NCBI GenBank assembly: GCA_037445875.1
Contig: JBBIJR010000003.1
Coordinates: 13,109-77,108, forward strand
Direction of reading: 5' to 3'
Source: Bacteroidota bacterium
GTDB taxonomy: Bacteria; CLD3; SB21
Length of the DNA: 64,000 bases
The notes under the pieces: model-generated
Seen by the model: only the letters and a program-made list of their open reading frames with translations
The model's database searches: none
Told to the model about the DNA's origin: nothing
Made by a program: the position numbers and the translations under genes
Shown here: in pieces, positions 18,092-27,785 of the stretch
Position numbering within the stretch: position 1 is the first letter of the stretch
Layout of the letters: each line of letters opens with the position of its first letter

Positions 18092-18671
18092 TACCCGTCT
18101 TCCGCGTTCCTTTTATCGGCGTCCCACCCTGGATGTTGCACCCGAACTGCTCGGAAAGATCCTCGTCCGGCGCCAGGGCCGGCGTGTTACGTCGGGCCGC
18201 ATCGTTGAAGTGGAGGCGTACTGCGGTCTGGACGATCCCGCGTCCCACGCGTACCGAGGCGCGAGGGCCAGAAACGCCGTGATGTTCGGTGAAGCGGGCC
18301 ATGCGTACGTGTATTTCATCTACGGGATGTACTACTGCGTCAACGTGGTCACCGAGCGGAAAGGGGTGGCGGGAGCGTGCCTCGTGCGGGCGCTGGAGCC
18401 GGTTGAGGGTGCCCGGTGGATGAAAAAACGCCGATGCGTGGAATCGCTGCATGACCTGACCAGCGGACCGGGAAAGCTGTGTCAGGCAATGGCCATCGAT
18501 CGCCGCCTCAACGGAACGGATCTCCTGGGCGGCGAATTGTATCTGCTGGATTCCGGCGCTTCCGTCCGGGTCAAACGCTCTCCGCGCATCGGCATCCGAA
18601 ACGCCGCGGACCGGCCCTGGCGCTTTTTCGCCGAGGGCAATCCTTTCGTGACGAAAAGCAAGTTCAACTGA
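18084..18671 (+). CDS. mpg: DNA-3-methyladenine glycosylase (Mpg/AAG family)
   Basis: Inside ORF 17949..18671. Start MSDTRLPRSFYRRPTLDVAPELLGK... The AAG-family pattern runs throughout (IVEVEAYCG..DPASHAYRG). Confidence 0.8.
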   Translation: MSDTRLPRSFYRRPTLDVAPELLGKILVRRQGRRVTSGRIVEVEAYCGLDDPASHAYRGARARNAVMFGEAGHAYVYFIYGMYYCVNVVTERKGVAGACLVRALEPVEGARWMKKRRCVESLHDLTSGPGKLCQAMAIDRRLNGTDLLGGELYLLDSGASVRVKRSPRIGIRNAADRPWRFFAEGNPFVTKSKFN

Positions 18672-18698
18672 ACGGGCATCCGTGCCGGGCTGAAACTC

Positions 18699-19013
18699 AT
18701 GCGTTCCTTTGAATCACTCTTTGGCGGACGTTGGGTTCCTTTGTGGGGGATCGTCCGGCACCTTTTCAAGTTCGGCCGCCTCTACGGGCGCCTCCTTCGG
18801 GACCCGCGCGTGCCTTTCTATTTGAAGCTTTTGTTTTTCATCCCGTTTCTATACATTTTATCCCCGATTGACCTTATCCCGGAGGCCTTCCTCTCGGTAT
18901 TCGGTTTGGTGGACGATATCGGGCTTCTGCTTTTCATGCTCAAGCTCTTCCTTCGATTGTGTCCGGAAGACGTCGTGCGGGAGCATGTCGAGCATATCGC
19001 AAAACGCGTTTAA
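18699..19013 (+). CDS. DUF1232 / YkvA-family small membrane protein
   Basis: LIPEAFLSVFGLVDDIGLLLFML is typical of YkvA-like proteins. Confidence 0.55.
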   Translation: MRSFESLFGGRWVPLWGIVRHLFKFGRLYGRLLRDPRVPFYLKLLFFIPFLYILSPIDLIPEAFLSVFGLVDDIGLLLFMLKLFLRLCPEDVVREHVEHIAKRV

Positions 19014-19033
19014 ACCGGCGCGAGGCAGCTGGA

Positions 19034-21685
19034 ATGGCGGAAATCCCCAAAGCGTACGATCCGAGGAACATCGAGTGCCGGTGGTATGACTACTGGTTGA
19101 AGCATCGTCTCTTTCAGGCCGATGTTCGCCGGGACCGGACTCCCTACACGATCGTGATCCCGCCGCCGAATGTGACGGGCGCCCTGCACATCGGCCACGC
19201 GTACAACAATACCGTACAGGACATCTACGTTCGCTTCAAACGGATGCAGGGCTTCGAGACCCTCTGGTCGCCGGGCACCGACCATGCCGGCATTGCCACG
19301 CAGACCGTTGTGGAGCGGCAACTGAAGGCCGAAGGGAAGGAACGGAAACAACTGGGGCGGGAAGCATTCGTCGGCGAGGTCTGGAAGCACAAGTCCACCT
19401 ATCGCGACCGGATCATCGGCCAGCTTCAAAAAATGGGTTGCAGCTGCGATTGGGAACGTGAGTGGTTCACGATGGACGAAAACCTGTCGAAGGCCGTTCT
19501 GGAAGCGTTTGTCCATTTCTACGAGAAGGGCTGGATCTACAAGGGGAACTACATTGTGAACTGGTGCCCGTTCTCCCAGTCGGCGATATCGGATGAAGAA
19601 GTCGTGTACAAAGAGATCAACGGTAAGCTCTGGCACTTCCGATACCCTGTCAAGGGGTCCTCCGAATCCCTCGTGGTGGCGACGACGCGTCCGGAGACGA
19701 TGCTGGGAGACACAGCGGTGGCGGTCAACCCGGACGACGAGCGGTACCGCCATCTCATGGGCAAGACGGTCATCTTGCCGCTGGTCGGACGCGAGATTCC
19801 CGTGATCGCCGACGCGTACGTGGACCGGGAATTTGGCACCGGCGCCGTCAAAGTCACGCCCTCCCACGACCCCAACGACTTTCTGATGGGCAAACGCCAC
19901 GATCTGGAATTCGTCAACATCATGAACCCCGACGCAAGTCTCAACGACAACGTGCCGGCCGCCTTCCGCGGTCTCGACCGTTTTGCGGCCCGAAGAAAAG
20001 TCGTGGAGGAAATGGAGCGGCAGGGTTTTCTCGTGCGGATCGAGGACCACGTCAACCGCGTCGGCTACTCCCAGCGCGGAAACGTGCCGATCGAGCCGCT
20101 TGTGTCGGAACAGTGGTTTCTGAAAATGAGCGAACTCGCGAAGCCGGCGCTCGATGCCGTGTTGTCCGGGAAGATACGGTTTCACCCGGAGAAATGGGTG
20201 AAGACGTACGAACACTGGATGCATACGATCCGCGACTGGTGCATCTCCCGGCAGCTGTGGTGGGGGCACCGCATCCCGGCGTATTACAACGACCGGGGCG
20301 AAGTGTTCGTGGCCCGGTCGGTCGAGGAGGCGGAGAAGAAGGCCGGAACGAAGAACCTCCGCCGGGACGAGGACGTGCTCGACACGTGGTTTTCTTCGTG
20401 GCTTGTGCCGTTCTCCGCCATGGGCTGGCCAGCGAAGACGGCGGAACTCGGCTACTTCTATCCGACGAGCCTGCTGGTGACAGGGCCGGACATCATCTTT
20501 TTCTGGGTGGCGCGCATGATCATGGCGGGCCTGGAGTTTACCGGTCGCGTACCTTTCCACGCCGTTTATTTCAACGGTATCGTGCGGGACGAGCAGGGCC
20601 GCAAGATGAGCAAGAGTCTCGGCAACGGCATCGATCCCATCGACGTCATCGACGAATACTCCGCCGACGCGCTGCGCTTCACACTGGTCGACCTCAGCGC
20701 CGAGGGGCAGGACATCAATCTGGCCAGACGGCATTTCGAATTGGGGCGGAATTTCTCCAACAAGGTATGGAACGCATTCCGGTTTCTCGAGATGAACCGC
20801 GATTCGATCCCGCGGGCGCGGCCCGAACTGCCCCCGGCGCGGGACATCGCGGAACTCGCGGATTTGTGGATTCTCAGCAAGTATCACCGCGCCGTCGAAG
20901 GCATCACCGAAGGGCTGGAGAACTTCCGTTTGCACGAGGCGATGGATTCGGTGTACCGCTTCTTCTGGGCCGACTATTGCGACTGGTACCTCGAATTGAT
21001 CAAGGACCGTTTGTACCATGCAGACGAAGCGTCAAAGGAGCGCACACTGTCCACGGCGCTGTACCTCATGGACGGTATCGTCCGTCTGATGCACCCGATT
21101 GTGCCTTTCATTACCGAAGAAATCTGGCAGAGGCTTGACGCACGGAAAGACGGCGAGAGCGTAATGAAGGCCCCGTGGCCGACCTTCGACCGAACATGGA
21201 TCCGCGCCGACGTCGAACGGCAAATGGACACGGTACAGGCGGTGATCGTGAGCGTGAGAAACATACGATCTTCGATGAACATCCCGCCCGCGAGGAAGAC
21301 CGACCTGATACTCAAGACCGCGGACGGTATGACCCGGGAATTGCTGAAAACAAGCGAGCGGTATCTAAAGACCCTGGCGCGAATCGAGGGGCTCACGATC
21401 GATGCCGAAGCGCGGAAACCGAATGGCGCCGCGAGCGCGGTTGTGGCGGGCATCGAGGTGTTTGTTCCCCTCGAGGGCATCATCGACGTCAAGGTCGAGC
21501 GCGGCCGTCTTCAGAAGGAGATTGATCGTCTGATTGCACAGATCGACGGTATCGACCGCAAACTGGCCAACAACGACTTCACGGCCCGGGCGCCGGCCCA
21601 GGTGATCGACAAGGAAAAAGCGAAGCGAGAGAATTTCCGCGAAACCGTCGAAAAACTGAAGGAGAGCCTTGCCTCGCTCGGGTGA
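19034..21685 (+). CDS. valS: Valine--tRNA ligase
   Basis: Inside ORF 18959..21685. Start MAEIPKAYDP. HIGH motif (LHIGHAYN), KMSKS motif, and the C-terminal coiled-coil typical of ValS. Confidence 0.95.
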   Translation: MAEIPKAYDPRNIECRWYDYWLKHRLFQADVRRDRTPYTIVIPPPNVTGALHIGHAYNNTVQDIYVRFKRMQGFETLWSPGTDHAGIATQTVVERQLKAEGKERKQLGREAFVGEVWKHKSTYRDRIIGQLQKMGCSCDWEREWFTMDENLSKAVLEAFVHFYEKGWIYKGNYIVNWCPFSQSAISDEEVVYKEINGKLWHFRYPVKGSSESLVVATTRPETMLGDTAVAVNPDDERYRHLMGKTVILPLVGREIPVIADAYVDREFGTGAVKVTPSHDPNDFLMGKRHDLEFVNIMNPDASLNDNVPAAFRGLDRFAARRKVVEEMERQGFLVRIEDHVNRVGYSQRGNVPIEPLVSEQWFLKMSELAKPALDAVLSGKIRFHPEKWVKTYEHWMHTIRDWCISRQLWWGHRIPAYYNDRGEVFVARSVEEAEKKAGTKNLRRDEDVLDTWFSSWLVPFSAMGWPAKTAELGYFYPTSLLVTGPDIIFFWVARMIMAGLEFTGRVPFHAVYFNGIVRDEQGRKMSKSLGNGIDPIDVIDEYSADALRFTLVDLSAEGQDINLARRHFELGRNFSNKVWNAFRFLEMNRDSIPRARPELPPARDIAELADLWILSKYHRAVEGITEGLENFRLHEAMDSVYRFFWADYCDWYLELIKDRLYHADEASKERTLSTALYLMDGIVRLMHPIVPFITEEIWQRLDARKDGESVMKAPWPTFDRTWIRADVERQMDTVQAVIVSVRNIRSSMNIPPARKTDLILKTADGMTRELLKTSERYLKTLARIEGLTIDAEARKPNGAASAVVAGIEVFVPLEGIIDVKVERGRLQKEIDRLIAQIDGIDRKLANNDFTARAPAQVIDKEKAKRENFRETVEKLKESLASLG

Positions 21686-21724
21686 TGCGTCGCCGCTCGC
21701 AACGCCGATTACGATCTCGTTCCC

Positions 21725-22678
21725 ATGAACTCTCCGGCCATTTCCGTACAGCGAGTTCGCAAGTACTTCAAGGACGTCAAAGCCGTCGATGGTGTCGACC
21801 TCACGATCCGCCCCGGAGAATATGTGGCGCTGCTCGGGCCCAACGGAGCGGGCAAGACGACGCTGGTGGAGATGATCGAGGGCATCCAGCGGCCCGATGA
21901 CGGAGAGATCCTTATCAACGGCAAGTCCTGGAAACAGGCGGAACAGGAGCTGCGGCGGATCCTAGGCATCTCACTGCAAGAGACGTACTTCATCGACAAG
22001 CTGACGACTCAGGAAACCCTGACACTGTTTGCGAGCTTCTACGGGCTCGGTCCGGGGCGCGTGGTGGAAATCCTGCGACTGATCGGGCTGGAGGACAAAA
22101 GGAAGACGTACGTGGTCAACCTCTCCGGCGGCCAGCGTCAGCGCCTGGCGCTCGGCGTGGCCCTGCTCAACGACCCCAAGATTCTGCTGCTGGACGAACC
22201 CACCACCGGCCTGGACCCCACGGCACGCCGGGAAGTCTGGGACATCCTCGTGCATTTGAAGAAAGAGCGCACGCAAACGATGGTGCTGACGACCCACTAC
22301 ATGGAAGAAGCGTCGTTCCTCTGCGATCGCATCGTCATCATGGACCGCGGCCGGGTCCTGGCCGACGGAACGCTGGACGCTCTGCTCTCCGTTCACCGCA
22401 AGGGCGAGATCATCGAGTTCTCCCTCGAAGGGAAGGGCAGTGCCACGATGCCCCCTTTCCTCGGGCCGTACCCCTTGGTGTACGACGAACATACCGAACG
22501 ATGGCGAGTGGAGGTGGAGGACACGGCGCGCGACCTCCCGCGGCTGATGGATCTGCTGAAACAGAACGGACGGATACTTGCGTCGTTCGAATGCCGTAAG
22601 ACCACACTGGAGGACCTTTTCCTCTCGATGACCGGGCGAAAACTCGACCAGGACACCTCCGCGACGGTGACCACATGA
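21725..22678 (+). CDS. ABC transporter ATP-binding protein (ABC-2 type exporter ATPase)
   Basis: Walker A GPNGAGKTT, signature LSGGQRQR, Walker B LLLDEPT. Confidence 0.85.
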   Translation: MNSPAISVQRVRKYFKDVKAVDGVDLTIRPGEYVALLGPNGAGKTTLVEMIEGIQRPDDGEILINGKSWKQAEQELRRILGISLQETYFIDKLTTQETLTLFASFYGLGPGRVVEILRLIGLEDKRKTYVVNLSGGQRQRLALGVALLNDPKILLLDEPTTGLDPTARREVWDILVHLKKERTQTMVLTTHYMEEASFLCDRIVIMDRGRVLADGTLDALLSVHRKGEIIEFSLEGKGSATMPPFLGPYPLVYDEHTERWRVEVEDTARDLPRLMDLLKQNGRILASFECRKTTLEDLFLSMTGRKLDQDTSATVTT

Positions 22679-23769
22679 GAACCCTTTTCCAGCTGATGGT
22701 TGTGCAGTTCAAGGAGTTTGTCAGGGAACCGGGCATCCTGTTCTGGTCGCTGGGCTTTCCGGCCATCATGGCCTGGATCCTCGGTATCGCATTTACCAAA
22801 CAGGGCGAGATTGTGCGCAACGTCGCCCTCGTACGTGGAGAGCGGCCCGCACACGAAATCCGGCAGATGCTCGAAGAGGCCTCGCTGGTCGACAGCGCGG
22901 GCCCGCACCGGGTGTTCCGCTCGGCCGGGGAACCGGCCTCCGCAGCGTCGGGTTCTTTCCGGATTGCGGAGACGACATGGGAAGAGGCGATTGTGCGCGT
23001 CCAACGCGGCCAGGCGATCCTGTTGATGCATGAGCGGCCGGACGGCGTGCACGTGTACTTCGATCCGGTCAATCCGGAAGCCGAGCTGGCCTATCTCCAT
23101 CTCGCAGCGCTGTTGGACACGTCGGCCCGGCGGACCGGGACCGTCATCGCGGAACCGTTGAGCGAACGAGGCATGAGGTACATCGATTTTCTCGTGCCCG
23201 GGCTGATCGCCATGGGGATCATGATGTCGGCCATGTGGGGTATCAGTTATTCGTTGATCGAGAAACGCATAAAGAAGCTGCTGCGCCGCATGGTGGCCAC
23301 GCCGATGCGGAAGTCCGTGTTCCTCCTGTCGCATTTCCTCTCCCGGACGATCCTGAGTGGGATCGAATCCGTGCTGCTCTTTGTGTTTGCCTGGTGGTAT
23401 TTCGACGTCACGATCGAGGGCAGCCTGGCCGCTCTGGCCCTGTTGTTTGTTTCGGGCAACATGGCCTTCACGGGCATGGCCGTGCTCGTGTCCAGCCGCA
23501 CGCGCAACGCCGAAGTCGGCAACGGACTCATCAACGCCGTCGTGTTGCCGATGATGATCGGTTCCGGTATCTTCTTCAGCTACCACAATTTCCCCGAGTG
23601 GCTCGTTCCCTACATCGAGCCGCTGCCGTTGACCATGCTGGCCGACAGCATGCGGATGGTGTTCATCGAAGGTGCGGGCATCGCCGCCGTGTGGATGCAT
23701 GCCCTGGTGCTTGCGGCGATCGGCGCCGTGCTGTTCGTTCTCGGTCAGAGGATGTACCGATGGTATTGA
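22675..23769 (+). CDS. ABC-2 family transporter permease
   Basis: Six TM segments. Its start overlaps the ATPase stop, indicating translational coupling. Confidence 0.8.
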   Translation: MRTLFQLMVVQFKEFVREPGILFWSLGFPAIMAWILGIAFTKQGEIVRNVALVRGERPAHEIRQMLEEASLVDSAGPHRVFRSAGEPASAASGSFRIAETTWEEAIVRVQRGQAILLMHERPDGVHVYFDPVNPEAELAYLHLAALLDTSARRTGTVIAEPLSERGMRYIDFLVPGLIAMGIMMSAMWGISYSLIEKRIKKLLRRMVATPMRKSVFLLSHFLSRTILSGIESVLLFVFAWWYFDVTIEGSLAALALLFVSGNMAFTGMAVLVSSRTRNAEVGNGLINAVVLPMMIGSGIFFSYHNFPEWLVPYIEPLPLTMLADSMRMVFIEGAGIAAVWMHALVLAAIGAVLFVLGQRMYRWY

Positions 23770-24038
23770 GTGCGGCGGCTCCCTCCTTGCTCAAATCTCA
23801 GATGAAGTTGGATCGCCGTTTTCGAGCCGCGCGAAGGATACACCGTTCTGGCTTTCGCCTGAAGAACGATGGCAGGCCGGTGATCTCAAACAGAACAAGT
23901 AAGCCAGCCGCCGCCTGGGTGGCTTGAACGACCTAGAGGTATCTTCTGCTCCTTCCGTAATGTCCATCGCTTCTAACTGACCGCGCAGACGACCACGCAG
24001 CCTCATCAGCCGTTCACGGCGTAGGCAAGGCGGAGTTT

Positions 24039-24590
24039 TTGGTTGACTTACAGGTCGATGTTATAGATATTCAGGTCAGATTATGTGTCATAATAACCTT
24101 GAAGCGTAAGCGAAGCCTTTTCCTCCTCGCCGTTGTCCTCCTTGTTGTCGGCATTCTATTGACCCTGGAAAACTTCAACTTCATCGCAGGCGTCTCCGCG
24201 CACTGGCCGCTATTCCTCCTGATTACGGGCACAGGATTCATCCTGCTGTTTGTCGAACGGGACCGGGGCGACGACGCACTCTTGTGGTTGGGGAGCTTCA
24301 TGGCTCAACTCAGCGTCTTTTTCTATGTGCTGAACTTTACGTCCTGGAACGCGCTCGGCGTCTGGTGGCCGGTGTTCCTGGGACTCGTGGGAGTGAGTTT
24401 CCTTACCGTCGGCATCGTGCGCCGAAACTATGTGTTCACGGTCTTCGGCATCGCCTTCGTCGGACTGTTCTTCGTATTCACGCTCGTGTTCACGGTCTCC
24501 ATGAGGCTGTGGCCGATGTCGCTGGCCATCTTCGGGGCGTGCCTGCTGCTACTCGATTATCTGAACCGAACAAGGAGTGCCCATGGCTGA
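24039..24590 (+). CDS. Small polytopic membrane protein (LiaF-TM-like), start uncertain
   Basis: TTG start per the ORF track. An alternative TTG lies near LKRKRS. Five hydrophobic helices. Confidence 0.45.
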   Translation: MVDLQVDVIDIQVRLCVIITLKRKRSLFLLAVVLLVVGILLTLENFNFIAGVSAHWPLFLLITGTGFILLFVERDRGDDALLWLGSFMAQLSVFFYVLNFTSWNALGVWWPVFLGLVGVSFLTVGIVRRNYVFTVFGIAFVGLFFVFTLVFTVSMRLWPMSLAIFGACLLLLDYLNRTRSAHG

Positions 24591-25977
24591 GCGAGTCGTT
24601 TTCGTCGAACCGACCGGTTCCTTCTCCAACGTGTTTGCGTACTACATGACCATTCCCATGCTCGGCCCGCTGGTGCTCGGGACGATCGCGGAACAGGCCG
24701 GATACGACGTGGCCATACTGAACGAAAATCTCCTGCGCCGGCACATCCGTCCGGAGGAACTGGCCGACGTGGATATTCTGTGTGTGAGTTCCATGACCGC
24801 TACGGTGGAAAGGGGAAAAGAGATTGCCCGCCAGTACCGCGCGCTGCGCCAGGCGGCGGGAAAACCTGCTCGCGCAATCATCGGCGGCATTCACGCCAGC
24901 ATGATCCCGGACGACGTCACGGCGGACTTCGACCAGGTTTTTGTGGGTGAAGCCGAAACGAAGATCCTAGACGTGCTCAGAGAGAGGATCAGGGACAAGA
25001 TCGTGTACGGCGAGCGCGCGGCCGATCTCGATGCGGCGCCGATTCCCAATTTCAAGCTGCTCAAGAATTGGAAAAAGGTCCACTACTGGCCGATCCTCAC
25101 CTCACGCGGGTGTCCGTACGATTGCACGTTCTGTTCCGTGACGCAGATGTTCGGTCGCGGATACCGCACGAAAAGCGTAGAACGCGTGATGGAGGAAGTC
25201 CGGGCGTGCGAGACAGGCTGGATATTCTTCGTGGACGACCACTTTGTCGTCAATAAGAAGCGCACGCGGGCGATTCTGCAGGCCATGCGCCGGGAGAAGA
25301 TTCACAAGGACTGGTCGTGCCAGCTGCGGGCGGAGGTGAGCCGTGACGAGGAATTGGTCCGGGAAATGCGCAGCACCGGCTGCCGGACGGTCTACATCGG
25401 TCTTGAATCGATCAATCCGGCGAGCCTGATCGAGATCAACAAGAAGCAAACCGTCGACGATATCCGGGATTCCGTTCGCATCTTCAAACAGAATGCCATC
25501 AACGTTCACGGCATGTTCATGTTCGGCAGCGACTCCGACCGTCCGGACGTTTTCCGGCATACGTCGGATTTCTGCCGCCGGAGCGGACTCACCAGCGTAC
25601 AGTACCTGATCCTGACGCCCCTCCCGGGCACAGTGCTGTACCGAAAAATCGAGGAAGAGGGCCGGCTGCTCCACAGAGACTGGCGGTACTACGACGCGAT
25701 GCACGTCGTTTTTCAGCCGAAGCAATTGACACCGATCGAGTTGCAGCAGGGCATGATCGAGTGTTTTTCGGATTTCTACACCTATGCCGGCGCGGTCAAC
25801 GAATCGATCAATCTCGTCTACGAATCGTGCCGGGCCCTGGTGCGGCGGCTTTGGGAGAAGGCGTATTTTCCGTCGGTGGCTCCCATGGTGGTCAAGGTGT
25901 TCGGCCGTCCGATCGTGAAAAGCTGGATCCGGTTCAACCGGCCGTATCTGGAATACTTGAGTACGATGCGCCGCTGA
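24583..25977 (+). CDS. B12-binding domain-containing radical SAM protein (class B, DUF4070-type C-terminus)
   Basis: ORF 24577..25977. AAGGAG RBS before MAERVV. N-terminal cobalamin-binding fold (DVDILCVSSMT..GGIHAS). Radical SAM motif CPYDCTFC. Confidence 0.8.
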   Translation: MAERVVFVEPTGSFSNVFAYYMTIPMLGPLVLGTIAEQAGYDVAILNENLLRRHIRPEELADVDILCVSSMTATVERGKEIARQYRALRQAAGKPARAIIGGIHASMIPDDVTADFDQVFVGEAETKILDVLRERIRDKIVYGERAADLDAAPIPNFKLLKNWKKVHYWPILTSRGCPYDCTFCSVTQMFGRGYRTKSVERVMEEVRACETGWIFFVDDHFVVNKKRTRAILQAMRREKIHKDWSCQLRAEVSRDEELVREMRSTGCRTVYIGLESINPASLIEINKKQTVDDIRDSVRIFKQNAINVHGMFMFGSDSDRPDVFRHTSDFCRRSGLTSVQYLILTPLPGTVLYRKIEEEGRLLHRDWRYYDAMHVVFQPKQLTPIELQQGMIECFSDFYTYAGAVNESINLVYESCRALVRRLWEKAYFPSVAPMVVKVFGRPIVKSWIRFNRPYLEYLSTMRR

Positions 25978-26044
25978 GCCGGTAAGCCCAGGGAATTTTC
26001 CTTTCGGTTCCGTGTTATGGAGGGAAACCCGGAGCCTCTCCTAC

Positions 26045-26935
26045 ATGAAACGCCTGCTAGCGGTTCTTCTGTCTGCGAGTTCGTGCGTCGAAACGGAGTA
26101 CATTGGCGACCCGCCCGGTTCCCTCTCCCTTAGGGTGGTGCCCGCACAATCCTACGTACTTCTGGACAGTATGACGGTCTTTTCCGGAGAGCTTGAACAG
26201 GGCGCGCCGGTTGCCGTGAGGTGGGAGAGCGCCGACGGATCGATTGCGACCGTTGATCAGACGGGTACCGCCACGGGCCGTGCGGATGGCCAGGTATTCA
26301 TTCGAGCCCTGTTGGAGGGTGTGGCGAGCGACTCCGCGCTCCTCAACGTCCTGTCGGACACGTCCGGCATCGCCGTAATTACGGTGTCGCCCGAGGACAC
26401 GGTGCTTCGCACCGGTGACTCCATCCGGGCGGTCGCAGCGGCCCGATCGTATCACGGTCAATTGCTCGACGGCCTGGATTTCGCATGGGCGTCTTCCGAT
26501 ACGGCTGTGGCCGTCGTTACTCCGGAGGGCACCTTGACCGCGCGGTCCCCGGGCTTCAGTCTTGTAAGAGCGTCTGTGGGCCCGTTTCAAAGCGCTCCCG
26601 CGATCCTGCGCGTCACAGGCGCTTCCCGCACGGGTTCATTCATGGGATACAGCGGCACACCGGTGTCCGGCACGGCCAGGCTGGACGCCGCGGACGGCAC
26701 CGTCGCGCTGAGTTTTTCCGAAGATTTCCAGTGCGAACCCGGTCCTTCGTTGTACGTGTATCTGTCGCACAGCGGCGCGATCACGGCGTCCAGTCTCGAA
26801 ATCGCGCCGCTGAAGAGCGTGGCCGGTGCGCAAGCGTATACGATCCCGGACGGCGTCGGTCCCGGCGACTACGGCTTCGTGGTCATTCACTGCAAACCCT
26901 ATAACCATACCTTCGGATATGCGCAACTGGACTAG
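26045..26935 (+). CDS. Lipoprotein with two Big_2 (bacterial Ig-like) domains and a C-terminal DM13 domain
   Basis: ORF 26012..26935. Start MKRLLAVLLSASSC (lipobox). DM13-like GTARLDAADGTVALSFSEDFQCEPGPSLYVYLS. Confidence 0.6.
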   Translation: MKRLLAVLLSASSCVETEYIGDPPGSLSLRVVPAQSYVLLDSMTVFSGELEQGAPVAVRWESADGSIATVDQTGTATGRADGQVFIRALLEGVASDSALLNVLSDTSGIAVITVSPEDTVLRTGDSIRAVAAARSYHGQLLDGLDFAWASSDTAVAVVTPEGTLTARSPGFSLVRASVGPFQSAPAILRVTGASRTGSFMGYSGTPVSGTARLDAADGTVALSFSEDFQCEPGPSLYVYLSHSGAITASSLEIAPLKSVAGAQAYTIPDGVGPGDYGFVVIHCKPYNHTFGYAQLD

Positions 26936-27752
26936 CGCCCTGTTCATCCTTCTGCTGGCCTCGCGGGTCTCGGCGGGTGCATGGCCGCAGGAAAAGGGCA
27001 GTGGTTTTTACAAGCTTGAGACTTCGCTAATCGTAGCGGACGAGTACTATCTGTCCAACGGCGACCGGCAAAGTATCCCAACCACAAAGGAATGGACGAT
27101 CGCTCTGTACGGAGAGTACGGATTGACGGATCGTCTGACGGCCATTCTCTATTGGCCGATGAAATCGCTTGCGGTGAACCGACAGGTCGGAAGGCTCAGC
27201 GGCTTCGAATACGCGCCGGGCGGATCCGCAGCAGGGCCGGGCGATGCTCAGCTCGGCTTCCGCTTTAATGTGTTGAAACAAACGGTCTCCGTCTGGAGCC
27301 TCTCGTTCAACGTCGGTGTACCGACGGGTCAGCACAGCAACCGGGAGGGGCTGTTCACCGGGGACGGGGAATGGAATGCGGCGGCCCTGGTCGAGTATGG
27401 TCTTTCCCTATACCCACGGCCGTTGTACCTGGCTGCGCAAACGGGCATCAATCTCCGGAGCGCCGGGTACGAGCATGAATGGCACTACGGTGTGGAATTC
27501 GGCCTGGACGTGAATCGTCGGGTCGCTGCCATCCTGCGCGTTCAGGGCGTTCGGCCGATAGAGTCGGTTCGGTCCAACGCGGCGGTGGGCTCGCTCTATT
27601 CCAACGGCCAGCAGTACCTGGCGTACGGACTGGAATGGGATTACAAGCTCTCGGATCGCCTCGGGCTCGCCGCACAGTTCCGCTCGGCCGTCGGCGCGCG
27701 GAACATCCTCGCCGCTCCGATGTGGAGCCTCGGCCTGTTTGTCAGGTCGTGA
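26919..27752 (+). CDS. Secreted outer-membrane beta-barrel-like hypothetical protein
   Basis: Inside ORF 26826..27752. Start MRNWTSALFILLLASRVSA (signal peptide). It overlaps the upstream gene by 17 nt. Alternating hydrophobic beta-strand pattern. Confidence 0.5.
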   Translation: MRNWTSALFILLLASRVSAGAWPQEKGSGFYKLETSLIVADEYYLSNGDRQSIPTTKEWTIALYGEYGLTDRLTAILYWPMKSLAVNRQVGRLSGFEYAPGGSAAGPGDAQLGFRFNVLKQTVSVWSLSFNVGVPTGQHSNREGLFTGDGEWNAAALVEYGLSLYPRPLYLAAQTGINLRSAGYEHEWHYGVEFGLDVNRRVAAILRVQGVRPIESVRSNAAVGSLYSNGQQYLAYGLEWDYKLSDRLGLAAQFRSAVGARNILAAPMWSLGLFVRS

Positions 27753-27785
27753 TCCGGCACGCAAAAAAAACGTCGGGCGTGATGC

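Noticed and set aside
23770-24038. Hairpin-like aagccagccgccgcctgggtggctt after the ABC permease as a terminator.
   Set aside because: The stem is imperfect and there is no downstream T-run. Insufficient evidence.
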